DNA of 64,000 nt from Anthoceros angustus (taxonomy: Eukaryota > Plantae > Anthocerotophyta), in contig VJWM01000011.1 in assembly GCA_010909165.1 (NCBI GenBank), positions 1,550,001-1,614,000 on the forward strand. The letters are read 5' to 3'. The position numbers and the translations under genes are program-made. The notes beneath the pieces are model-generated. The model saw only the letters and a list, made by a program, of their open reading frames with translations. It did no database searches and had not been told where the DNA came from. How positions within the stretch are numbered: the first letter of the stretch is position 1; the number at the start of each line of letters is the position of its first letter. Below, piece by piece: positions 1-10,974 of this stretch.

Positions 1-355
1 ACACACACACACACACACACTGATTGGGCTCTACTGCTTACGGGATCTGTATGTCTACACACATCCGCCTATCTCGGCACTTCCTACGGTAAACATCAGC
101 AATCCACTTCCTTCGGATTGCTCCTTCCTTTTATGAGCCATCCTTCTCCATGCCATAAATGTCTTTGCTATCTTGAGGAGATGTGTGCTGTGACCGAGGC
201 GCCGCCTTTGCGTTAATGCTCTTGTCTTCCTCGACTTTTGCCACACTGCTTATGCACATACTTACACGGCCTTTCCTTACAATACTGCTGCGGCTACCAT
301 CGATCATATTGCTATACGGTTATGCTTACCAACATGCACATCCCCTAAACATGCG
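1..355. repeat. Dispersed repeat of about 350 bp, copy 1, starting with (CA)n; partner at 12001-12350
   Basis: (CA)n followed by TGATTGGGCTCT...ACATGCACATCCCCTAA recurs at 12001-12350 in the same orientation, roughly 90% identical by eye. Confidence 0.85.
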
Positions 356-399
356 TACCCACACCCTATCATGCTAAGTCACATGCTTCTATCCCGTTT

Positions 400-1200
400 G
401 TGTCACGACATATACTTTCTAGAAAGTCATGTATCTTCTAGAGAATATCTTCTTGGGCTTTAGAAAATATTTTCTAGAAAGCCTAAGAGTAAAGGGCAAG
501 TCAATTTACCAATAGGATTAAGAGAATATCTTCTAGAAAGCCCAAGAGTAAAGGGCAAGTGAATTTACCAATAGGATTAAAGTATAGGGCATGTCAATAG
601 AGCAATAGGATGCAAGGCTGAGGGCTATATAAGGCCAAGCACATGTAGGTGTGGGGTGTTGTGTGTGAAAGTGTGAGTGTGGTGTGTGCAAGTGTGCATG
701 TGGTGTGTGCAAGTGTGCAAATATTATGTGCAAGTGTACTTGTATTCCCTCTCATACAACACCCCATACTAATATAATATATGGCACTAGACACACTACA
801 CTAGGTACTGCAGCATATTTCAGCACAGCCCCACACCCACACCTCAGGTGGGCTTGGCCATATTTCGCTTGAATCCTATTGGTGCATCCGCTGACCTTTA
901 TACTTTAGTCGTGGAGAACATGTTTTAGAAAGCTCAAGACTAAGGGGCCAGCCAACTGAACAATAGGATTCAAGTACAAGGCAAGTCAACAGACCAACAG
1001 GATTCAAGGCTAAGGACTATATAAGCCAAGCCCACCTAGATGTGGGGTGTGGTGTGTGCAAGTGTGCTAGTGTGCTAGTACCTAGTGTGCCTAATGCATA
1101 TAACCCACATCGTATGGGAGTGTTGTGTTCCCTCTCCATAAAGACTGAACTCTTTTTTTGCAGCATTCTTAACACCTTTCTCAGTCTTTGTGGCACCAAC
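400..1200. repeat. Two diverged LTR-like/promoter-like units
   Basis: About 520-720 and about 925-1100 share TAGAAAGC.CAAGA...AATAGGATT...CTATATAAG(G)CCAAGC...GTGGGGTGT-(GT)-rich blocks. No clean termini were found. Confidence 0.4.
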
Positions 1201-1254
1201 TGCCGTCATTGAAAGCAGGCGTGCTGAATGTAAACTTGCTAGCGGTGTTAGCAG

Positions 1255-1530
1255 AGCACCAATGGCGGTGTCGCCTTTGGCTTAGCAACCAATGGCGAGG
1301 TCACCGCTCAGAGAGCTAATGGCGCTGGTCACCGCTTAGCGACCAATGGCGCAGTCAACCTTCGCTTAGCGACCAATGGCGCAGGTCGCCGGCTTAGCGA
1401 CCAATGGCGGCCAGTCACCGCTTAGCGACCAATGGCGCAGTCACCGCTTAGCGACCAATGGCAGCCTGGATTAGCAGCCTATGGCAACAGATGCGACCTT
1501 TGGCATAGCCCAATGGCGCAGTCACCGTCT
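1255..1530. repeat. Tandem array of an approximately 26-bp unit CTTAGCGACCAATGGCGCAGTCACCG, about 10 degenerate copies
   Basis: Units are directly visible, with no unique spacers. Confidence 0.85.
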
Positions 1531-1689
1531 TAGCGGCCGATGGATTCGATGTACTCGTGTATGTCCATTGTTTGCAGACAAGATGCAGTTCATCGTATCA
1601 ATGCTTGGCACCAATCTAAGCTAAATTAATATATACCATTTTTCATTTGATTGATCATAGCATATCAGGATGGCCAAGTAGGCTGAGAG

Positions 1690-1952
1690 TGATGAAAATC
1701 ATGTTAAGCTCTAAGCATAAAAGATGCTTGCATTACAATGAATATAATAGAAAGTACAAAAGCCTATTTATAGGCAAGGTGGCTAGGTGGTTATAACCAT
1801 AAGTTGTTATAACCGCCAGTTGGTTGTAACTAATATAACAACTAACCTCATAGGACAACTAACTAAGTAACTACTTAATGCCCTAGAGATAAATTAAAGC
1901 ATAAGTAAAGGTGCCCTAGTAAATATTGCCCTAAACTATATGTATTTTATCA
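1690..1952 (-). mobile_element. Probable orphan LTR of a Copia-like retrotransposon
   Basis: TG...CA ends with a short terminal inverted repeat (TGATGAAAA/TTTTATCA). The minus-strand GAGTGGGAG polypurine tract sits immediately before it, the same PPT as the Copia at 61986-61996. Confidence 0.45.
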
Positions 1953-2459
1953 CTCCCACTCACTATGAATGTAGGGGTGAAAATAAGCTACAAAATGAGA
2001 CTAAATACACTAGCAAACTCCTACTAGATAGATAGTTACTAGCTCAGAAAATAAACTGAAAGTCTATGTAGCTTGAGCAAACTAAACTAAATTAATGATT
2101 AATTTAGGTGTGTTAAATAGGTATTTAAAAATCGAGAAAAAGCAAAAAGAAAAGCCCGAAATTAAAAATGGGGGATAATGCAAAACCCCCCGAAATTAAA
2201 ATAAGGGGATAATGCAAACACACCCCGATGTGTTGGGAGTCGGGATCGGGACCTTCTGTCAAGGCGTCGTCTATAACCACCACACTTTCCAGTAGGACCT
2301 TGTCATTCGAAGGAAGTGTCTTGGCTGTTTTACCCGTCAATGGCGGTACCACAGAAAAATGCACTCGTGTAGCCATCTTGCAAAACCTCATGGAGAAAAT
2401 AGTTTAGTGGTACAAACTTCTCGGACTTGGGAACTGGGCTTGGTATTGTTGGACTCTTA

Positions 2460-3400
2460 GAGATGCTTCAGATCCTGACTAGAAAACTATGCATCAGTTC
2501 GTCCATGTCTGTCCACCAGCTCTGACCTGATTGCTTCCACGCACGGATTTCAATTTTGTGCCTGCTCCCACATCTGGGCATTGGTTTATGTCTTTGGCAA
2601 CAAAAGATAGGCTGACGCATCTTTCTTGTGGCAGACTCTAGGTCCTAGAGTCTGCCAGATTGCGACATCAGTACAGACACTGACTGCAACCAAGCAAGTG
2701 CCTCATCCAGTCGGCCTGCACGGCCCAGGAGATCAACCATGCACGTGTAGTGCCCCATTTTGGGGGTGATGCCGTAGTCTTTGATCATGACATGAAAGTA
2801 TGTAGTGTCTCCCCTCGCTTACTAGCGCCGTATGACTGTCAGTACGTCTAGCAACGTGTTGCCATCTGGCTATTACCCATCATCTCCCATGCTGAGAAGC
2901 AAGGTACAAACATCTTCACTGACTCCTTTTCACCAAGTCCATGAAACACCCTCTAAGCTGCCTTTAGCATACTCTAAGCAGCCAGACTCGGCATACATGT
3001 TCCATACACAACTGCCTACAAAGACATCAGATCGATGTCCTAGTTTTCTAGTCTGCAAATGAAGCGGCTAACCCTTCTCTAGAGCTGAGCGCCTCACATG
3101 TGCATATGCCTGCAGTAGGCAGACAAATGTCACCTAATCCGGTTCTGCACTGCCATCTTCTTGCATAAAACTAAAGAGATAAAGAGCTTTTCGGCCCATG
3201 CCCTTTGTTTCCAAGTCTGTGAAGGTTTCTTCAGTGTCATCCAAGTTGCCACACTTTGCATATCTGTTTACCAAACAGTTAGCGATGAGAAAATCAGCTG
3301 TATGTCCTCCTTGTAAAATCTGTGTATGAAGCAGCTTCCCCTTATCCAATGCCGAGGCACCCACTCTTGCACCAGCTTGCAGGAGGAACATTAACGTCAT
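2460..3400 (-). pseudogene. Degenerate PLS-class pentatricopeptide repeat (PPR) gene with an E/E+ type C-terminus
   Basis: Translated fragments ALDKGKLLHTQI...IANCLVNRYAKCGNLDD (ORF 3134-3508), [25 protein letters not shown] (about 2700-2750) and WKQSGQSWWTDMDELMHSFLV, interrupted by stops and frameshifts. Confidence 0.75.
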
Positions 3401-3939
3401 GCAATTGGGTACCTTCTCCAAGGCTGGCCACACTTGCAATTGAAGCCTTGGAGAAGGGGATTCAGCTGCAAGTGTGGCCACACTTGCACACGCTAGTAGG
3501 ACGCGCACAAATGTCCCACAGGTCTGGGCACCGCCATGCCATGAAAGGGACTGAGGTAAGCTCTGGTTCGATGAAAGCCACCAGAATTACCAGATACTAT
3601 CTCGTTGCGGTTAAGGATGGATTCAAAGCACAAAGATAACACATGGAGCGCCAGTCTGCCCGAAGCAGAAGAGAAGTGGAGCAGCGGCAGGCTACCGATC
3701 AGAACGTGAAGCGGAAGCTACGAGTTGCGGCCGGGCAAGGGCATTCCGTAGGTAGACTGTCTAACAGATCAATCAGACATTTGAGTTTCTCGAACTCTAA
3801 AAATAAGGACAACAGCACCAGGTCGCTTGTTGAGGCATGATGGTAAGCTTCGGCAGCAACAGGCATTAAGCCAGGCACCCCACAATACGAATAGACCCAC
3901 TAGACTAATTGGGTGCAAAGGTTCCGAAACCTTGACACG

Positions 3940-5471
3940 CTACTTCACAAAGAGATACTTCTGCAACTTCAGGGTTACATACACTAATCCCAACAAGACA
4001 GGTACCTCAATCAACGGGCCAATGGTTGCAGCCAATGCCTCTTGAGAGTCTATGCCAAAACTGCCCACAGCCACGGCTATGGCAAGCTCGAAATTGTTGC
4101 TGGATGCAGTGAACGACTGAGTAACAGCCTCTGCATAAGGGATGCCCAGACGACGACACAGCCACACAGATGAGAAGAAAACGATTGTGAAGTACAGAAG
4201 CATAGGGACCGCCACTCTTGCCACGTCCCCGATGTGGTCGACAATCTGATGAGCTTGGATGGAGAACATCACAAAAATAGTGTACAGCAGGCCAATAAGA
4301 GCCCAGGGCGCTATGAAAGGTATGAACTTGGTGTCGTACCACTTTCTACCCACGGTGTAACGTAGGAGTACCTTGTGATGAATCCAGCAGCCAGAGGAAC
4401 TGAGAAAAAGCAGCACACTTCTGGCGATACCCCAGGCCCCTACATCAATGCCCTTGCCCTGGAAACCACTTTAAGATAGAAGAGAGAAGTGGAGTATACA
4501 ACACCATCTGCATCACAGAATTGATGGCCACCAGTACTGCACACAGCTGTCCATCTCCCTTGGCCAGATCATTCCATATGAGCACCATGGCGATGCATCT
4601 GGCAATCCCCACCAGAATAACCCCTGCCCTGTAGTGCTCAAGATCCGGAAGTGTGGCCCAAGCAAGGCCTGTCATGAGTGCAGGGCCCACAAGCCAATTC
4701 AGAATGAGGCTCAACACCACATTTCGCGCCAGTCCTCCAGTCTTGATTGTTTTATAAAGAACTTCATACCGAACTTTGCAGAGAACTGGATACATCATGA
4801 CCCACAGTCCTACGGCAATAGGCAGAGAAACAGATGCCAGTTTCACAACCTCCAGTCTCTTCTTGATTCCTTTCACATAGTAACCAATAACGAGTGCCAA
4901 TGCCATGTCCACAAGTATCCAGACGAACAGGTAGCGATCTAGCAAAGACAACTTCTTGAACAGGCCTACATCTGCGATAAGTATTCATGCCGAGTAGGTC
5001 AGTCACACTCTAGGAACTCTTCAGAAGACAAAGAAAGCCAATCTTTCACGAACTGAAATGCTGTACCGGCGGAGTCGTCAGCTCCAGGCTTCATCACAGC
5101 CTCACACAAGCTCCTCCATGTGGTAGCAATATTGACACACTCGTCTGCCGATCAAACGCCTGGCAACATGCACTTTAGAGTAATTACCAAAACAGCAGAG
5201 ACACTCTCAATTTCTCACAGCACAAACATGAAACTTGCCACCAGCAAGCCTTCACGAGAGGTGGAGCTCACTTCTCTGCTGGTGCAACAATAAACCCCGG
5301 CGCAATTTTCGTCCGGCTGCGCAGCAACATCGGCTAATGCTGAACCATTTGCCACAAATCTGCAGCGCAAACCCCGTCCGCGCTCTGAATATTGAAGGAG
5401 GTCTGCTGCGCACCAACCGGGCGGCAAAGAACCTCCACTTCATCCCTTTCAAAGGGAACTTCCAGGGCCAT
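3940..5471 (-). CDS. ACR3: ACR3-family arsenite efflux transporter (copy a); 3 exons at 5471-5272, 5159-5067, 4971-3940; about 444 aa once small deletions are corrected
   Basis: Motifs LSLLDRYL, GLWVMMYPVLCKV, NWLVGP.LM, GIARCIAMVLIWN, SNNFELAIAVA and GPLIEVPVL. Phase-compatible GT-AG introns at 5271-5160 and 5066-4972. About seven 1-2 bp deletions (near 5373, 5100-5115, 4365-4480), mostly in base runs, so either assembly error or a young pseudogene. Confidence 0.88.
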
Positions 5472-8400
5472 GACTCGGCACCGGAATGTCACCTAGCGCG
5501 CTCCTCACGCCAAGGACGAATGCCGTCTCCTGATGAAGCACCCTGACAGAGATGCAAATGGCGCCAGCCGCAAAATCGCCACAAGTGAGAAGCAAAATGC
5601 TCCACGCGAATACACAGCACTGCAGCCAAATCGGATCTGCTTTCGGGCTAACAAAACGATAGATGCACTGACTCCAAGGCCTTGACAAACATGAAAGATG
5701 GTACACCACGAACACCAATGTGCTGCTTCCCTCTCCCGCTCATACGATGCATTCCTGCAGAATACACTTCCCAGTTTGTGGCCGACGGACAACCACCTGC
5801 CGTCAGCACAGATCATCAACTCGGTGGAGAGCAACAACGGGTTGAGCTTCCCACCGGCGTCACAGCCAGGGGCCAAGGCCAGCTCGGCAGCAACGATCTT
5901 GGGAGAGCCTGCTAAAGGCGGGCCGGACCCACATTATACTGTACACCGTGGCAGATCGAACACGAGAAGCCGGTTCCTGGGTATATCGGAAGCCGGGAGC
6001 CGGTAGCACCCTCTCTCTACAAGCATGAAACCCCGTACGGCCTCATTTCGGCTCATTTTTTTTGGGTCGCGCGGAGCGGCTGCCTCCGCAAGCTCCGTTT
6101 TACGGTCCGTTTTGGGCGGTGTCCACCGCTTTTGTTTTGCATTTAGAGTTTTGTATTTAGGGTTCTTAGTTAGGGTTTCTGGTATATGTAATTATATTTT
6201 TCTTTTCTGTTGTTTCGTTAATCAGTATTCAAGACAGTTATGTCCTAATTAGGTATATTTTTTATTACTGACATTTTTTTCCCCAACAGTTTTCAGGGCT
6301 CTAACGTTGTTATGGTTTTTGACCGTTTTATGTTGCCCCTACGCATTATTGCTCGATCAATTAGCTTATTTTAGTCATGTTGTAGTATAATGGATGTCTA
6401 ACATTTTTATGTTGTTCCTTACCATAGTACCTCTGTGTTTTTGGTCGCATGGGTAATTTTCAGGTGGGCGGCATGTTCCCTCTTCTATTTTGCATTTTGT
6501 ATTCAGTTGCTTTTTCTAATACTTTTATGGATTTTAACACTGTTATAGCTTCTAATAATTTTATGTTGTTTCTTATCAAAATTACTTTATTTATCATCAT
6601 ATTCTACTGATTTTGTATGTCACAGCAATGACCAGGCGACAGCAACACAAGCCCGGATATTAGACTCGCAACCCTAGACTGAACAGCAATATATTTGGCA
6701 TATACTTTCATTCTCGTAATTAGAAAATAGAACTAATACATGTAATTCAAGTAATTAGTTGAATAGCCTATTTAACTTTCTTGACCTGCACCACCATACA
6801 TGTACAAGACTTAATGGTCATTTGCTGCACTTCTCTTTATAGTAAGATATCAACATCACCTAAATTGTATGTCTCCAACTTACGGTCATTGTTTACGATA
6901 TCCCTCCATGTCCTACATCCCGTTCCATTTCAGCAATCTTGGCTGCCATCCCTGAATTCCATGTCTACAATATAGTAAAATAAAACATGAATAATAATTC
7001 AACAATAATAATAATATAAAGTATAAAATCAAACTTAAGTTAAACTTAATCAGAGCAATTGAGCGAGCGGAAGGGCAAGTATAGTCGGGAGGGCGGGAGG
7101 ACTTGGGGTATAGAAGAAAGCATGAGCCGGTGTCGTAGAGAGAAGGTACACCGGAGGACCCGGTTCACATCCGCCACCGTGTACCGTATAATGATTGTTG
7201 TGGGTCCGGCCCGCCCATAGAAGAGACGCGGGCGGATGTCGATCCAGATGCGCTTGGGGTCCATGTTGGGATGGGAAATGAGATACCTAGTCTACTTTAT
7301 TTGTGCATTTCAAGACCAGGGCTATTTCGGGACAACAGCCGCTGGCAAGCTGCACAGAAGCCTATCCAAGGTTGGAAGCGGCACCAAACCAACCAACCAT
7401 ATGAACTCGGAGTTCGATGTCTTCTCAAACCAAAATTTCATAGCCGAGGAGTTACTGTTACCAGGTCCAGATCCTGGAGCGGCAGATTCATCTGCATCTG
7501 GGAGACCTCGATTCATCCGCATCCGGGACTACCAGGTGGCCCTTGGAGGACGACGAGGGCAGATTCTTCAACCTACGAGTCTCATTGAATGGTTTTTGAC
7601 GACAGGAATTTGTCGGAGGGGGCCAGCTTTTTACCTCCACCGATGAGTTGATTCAAATCCCAGGATTGCAATGGCTCTGGTATGACAATCAATTCTATCA
7701 ACCAAGGAGCTTCTGAGGAAAAAAATTGCATCTGGCTAGGAATGCCAGCCATTGCCAGGATGGAGGAGCGGAAGGTTCATCTGCATCCGGGACGGAATCT
7801 GTTGGTGCTTCAAGGGCCGCTGACTTGGTGTGCGTGCGTTGCAAGCGTCGATCAGGAAGCATCTTGCCTGCTCAGCGCTGCCTCAGCATTGCGCGATCTG
7901 CTGTGGAAGACTCTTCTGTCCAGGAACCAGCGTCGGCCAGCCAGGCTCAAGAATATCCGGATTACTGTACAGCTTCGATAGATAGGGAGCACGTCTGTGC
8001 GCGGATGGGACCCAGCATCTAGCTGCGTTTTGGGCTTTGAATTCGGAGGAGACTGGAGGAAGCACCGGTGGATGAGGTGCAAGATTGGTGACTTGCATTC
8101 GAGAACTGAATGTGGCGTCTGGCTTGGTTGTTGGATTGCGAGAGGCAAGGGGGACTGCATGCTAGCACGGTGCACTGCACATGGACTGGCTCCTCCGAGG
8201 CTCAAATTGCATGTATCTACCAACTCCGGAGATCACACGCCTGGAACGGGTACTGGCTCGAGATTGTGAGAAGTATTCACCGTACGTGGTGCTTAACTGG
8301 GGAGCTTGGAGATGTTGAAAAAGGAGCGCAACAATGTCGAAGCTCTGTCTCTCATACCTTCTTAGCAAAGCGCGCATTTGATAGAAAATAGAGGTATGGG

Positions 8401-8708
8401 TCGAAACCTTGGCTTTGGTGCTGCGTTGAGAAGGAATTGACGAGGAGCTTTTGCCGTGCTCATTTTGATACACGGAGCCCGCGATAGAGATCTTGCCAGG
8501 CGGGTGATGAAACAAGTTTTAAGCATCCAACACAAGCATAACAGTTTTCGAGTCGTTGATTGCTACGAGCGAGAAATGCACCAAGCCTCCCTATCACACA
8601 CACACACAACTACCATAATTAAACAATAGTCGACTGCTAGACTGTCGTCGGAAGCACCATGCCCTTGCTTGCCTGTAAGGTAGAGGGAGCAGATCTGCAA
8701 AGTGGCTG

Positions 8709-9197
8709 TCACACAGATGCGGTTGCAGTTGCGGCTGCGGCTGGCTCAGGAGGTGGTGGATGGACCAATTCTTCCTCTTGGCCCTGGTCTTGGGATTTGG
8801 CATAGCCTTGCTCTTGCACAAGGAGCTGGATGCGGCGCTTGATGTCATCCCTAATGAGGCGGACGGTTTCCACGCTCTGGCCCTTGGGATCCTGCAGCTG
8901 CCAGTCTACCCGCTGCAGCCCGGGTACGTATGGGCAAGCTTCCCCGCATCCCATGGTGACCAGCAGCTTGCTCTTCTCCGCAACCTCCTTGGTGAGCAGC
9001 TGCGGCTTCTTGTCCGACAGATCGATCCCGACCTCCTTCATGGCCTCCAGGACCTCCGGGTGCACGCGGCTGCCGGGCACACTCCCCGCCGACACGGCGT
9101 ACGCCAGCTTGGGATCCGCCAAAGCGTCGAACCAGGCTGCCGCCATCTGCGACCGCCCCGCATTGTGCACGCACGCGAACAGGATACAGTCTGCCAT
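8709..9197 (-). CDS. arsC: Bacterial-type arsenate reductase, LMW-PTP fold, thioredoxin-coupled type; 162 aa, intronless CDS
   Basis: Uninterrupted ORF with P-loop C9-VHNAG-R15-SQMA, resolving pair TMG-C84-GEA-C88-P and DW..QD103-P. An in-frame TGA two codons upstream fixes the start. Low-complexity tail EEELVHPPPPEPAAATATASV. Confidence 0.9.
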   Translation of the reverse strand: MADCILFACVHNAGRSQMAAAWFDALADPKLAYAVSAGSVPGSRVHPEVLEAMKEVGIDLSDKKPQLLTKEVAEKSKLLVTMGCGEACPYVPGLQRVDWQLQDPKGQSVETVRLIRDDIKRRIQLLVQEQGYAKSQDQGQEEELVHPPPPEPAAAATATASV

Positions 9198-9542
9198 GCC
9201 TCAATCTTGCGCTGCCTTCCTCACCCTAGAAGCATGCTTCTTGCCAGGAGAAGTAGCCGCAGTCGGCCCGGCCGTGGAACCGTGGAATGCGGAAGGTGGC
9301 TCTCTCCGATTCTAGAATATCCGGGTTGGCCCTTGAGATGTGAGCAAGTTGCTCCTGCGAAAAGCGCCTTCCAGACACACTGGACGATAAGCAAAAAAGA
9401 GAGGAAACAGCAATACCGGTAGTATCACCTGGCTTTTAGACTTCCTGCTGTTTTTCTTCAGCAATCAGAACGCGGAGCGAACAGAACACGGGGTAGATAG
9501 CTTGAATTTGATACCTTTCATACTTTCGCACACGCTGTGTCA

Positions 9543-10974
9543 CAAAGAGATGCTTCTGCAACTTCTATGTCACATCCACTAATCCCAAGAAGACAGGTAC
9601 CTCAATCAACGAGCCAATGGTCGCAGCCAATGCCTCTTTAGACTCTATGCCAAAACTGCCCACGACCACGGCTATGGCTATGGCAAGCAGCAAGCTCGAA
9701 ATTGTTGCCGGATGAGTAACAGCTTCTGCATAAGGGATGCCCAGACGTCGACACAGCCACACAGATGAGAAGAAAACGATTGTGAAGTACAGCAGGATAG
9801 GGACCGCCACTCTTGCCACGTCCCCAATGTGGTCGACAATCTGATGAGCTTGGATGGAGAACATCACAAAAATGGTGTAGTAAGCCAATGAGAGCGCAAG
9901 GCGATAGGAAAGGAATGAACTTGGTATCGTACCACTTTCTTCCCATGGTGTAACGTAGGGAGTGCCTTGTGATGATTCCATCAGCCAGAGGAACTCCAGG
10001 AAAACGCAGCACACTTCTGGCAATAGCCCAGGCCCCCACATAAATGCCCTTGCCACTGGAAACCACTTTAAGGTAGAAGAGAGGAAGCGGAGTATAAAAC
10101 AACACCTGCATCACCAGTATTGCACACAGCTGTCCATGTCCCTTGGCCAGATCATTCCATATGAGCACCATGGCGATGCATCTGGCAGTGTCCACCAGAA
10201 GAACCCCTGCTCTGTAGTGCTCAAGATCTGGGATGAGGCTCAACACCACAACCCGAGCAAGGCCTCCAGCCTTGACCCATCTTGTAAAGAGCTTTCTTAC
10301 CGAACTTTGAACAGAACTGGATACATCATGACCCACAGTCCTACGGCAATAGGCGAGATACAGATGCCAGTTTCACAACCTCCAGTTTCTTCTTGATTCC
10401 TTTCACGTAGTAACCAATAACCAGTGCACATGCCATGTCCAAAAATAGCCAGACGAACAGCTTCTTGAACAGCCCTACAGCTGTGAAACAATATTAATGC
10501 CGAGGAAGTCAGTCACTCTCTAACAACTCTTCAGAAGACAAACAAATCCAATCTTCCACAAACTAAAGTGCTATACCTGCGGAATCGTCAGCTACACTCT
10601 TTTTTACAGCCTCGCACACAGGCTCCCCTCCATGTGGTAGCAATATTGACACACTCGTCAGCCGATCAAACCTGGCACAACATACACTGAAAGTAATTAT
10701 CAGAGGGAATCTCAACTTCTCACAGCACAGACAATTAAACTTGGCGCCACCGACAAGACATCGATGAGAGGCCAAGTTCACTTCTGTGCTGGTGCAACAA
10801 TAAAACGCTGACTGAGTCTTCGTCAGGCTGAGCAGCAACAGTCGAACCACTCGCTACAAATCTGCAGCGCAAACCCCCGTCCGCGCTGTGAAAATCGAAG
10901 GAGGTCCGCTGCGCACCAACCGGGCGGCAAAGGACCTCCACTTTGTCCCTTTCAAGCGGAGTTTCCCGGGCCAT
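9543..10974 (-). pseudogene. ACR3: ACR3 paralogue (copy b), decayed; same 3-exon layout (10974-10782, about 10672-10577, 10480-about 9543)
   Basis: Colinear with copy a, including both introns. Deletions of 21 nt (LSLLDRY), 54 nt (LNWLVGPALMTGLAWATL), 15 nt (AINSV) and 13 nt before NNFE, plus frameshifts and a TAG at 9565-9567. Confidence 0.85.

Noticed and set aside
8709-9197. arsC as bacterial contamination
   Set aside because: It is contiguous with intron-containing plant ACR3 genes, a (CA)n tract and plant repeats, has a eukaryote-like tail, and no other prokaryotic genes are nearby. Read-level confirmation is still advisable.
8760-9422. Plus-strand ORFs of 220 aa and 161 aa overlapping arsC
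   Set aside because: Antisense shadows of a GC-rich gene, with no motifs.
9198-9567. ACR3-ArsC fusion protein or an N-terminal transit peptide on ArsC
   Set aside because: The ArsC frame has TGA at 9203-9201 and TAG at 9314-9312 with no Met between them; the ACR3b frame also stops, and the splice combinations I tried hit stops.
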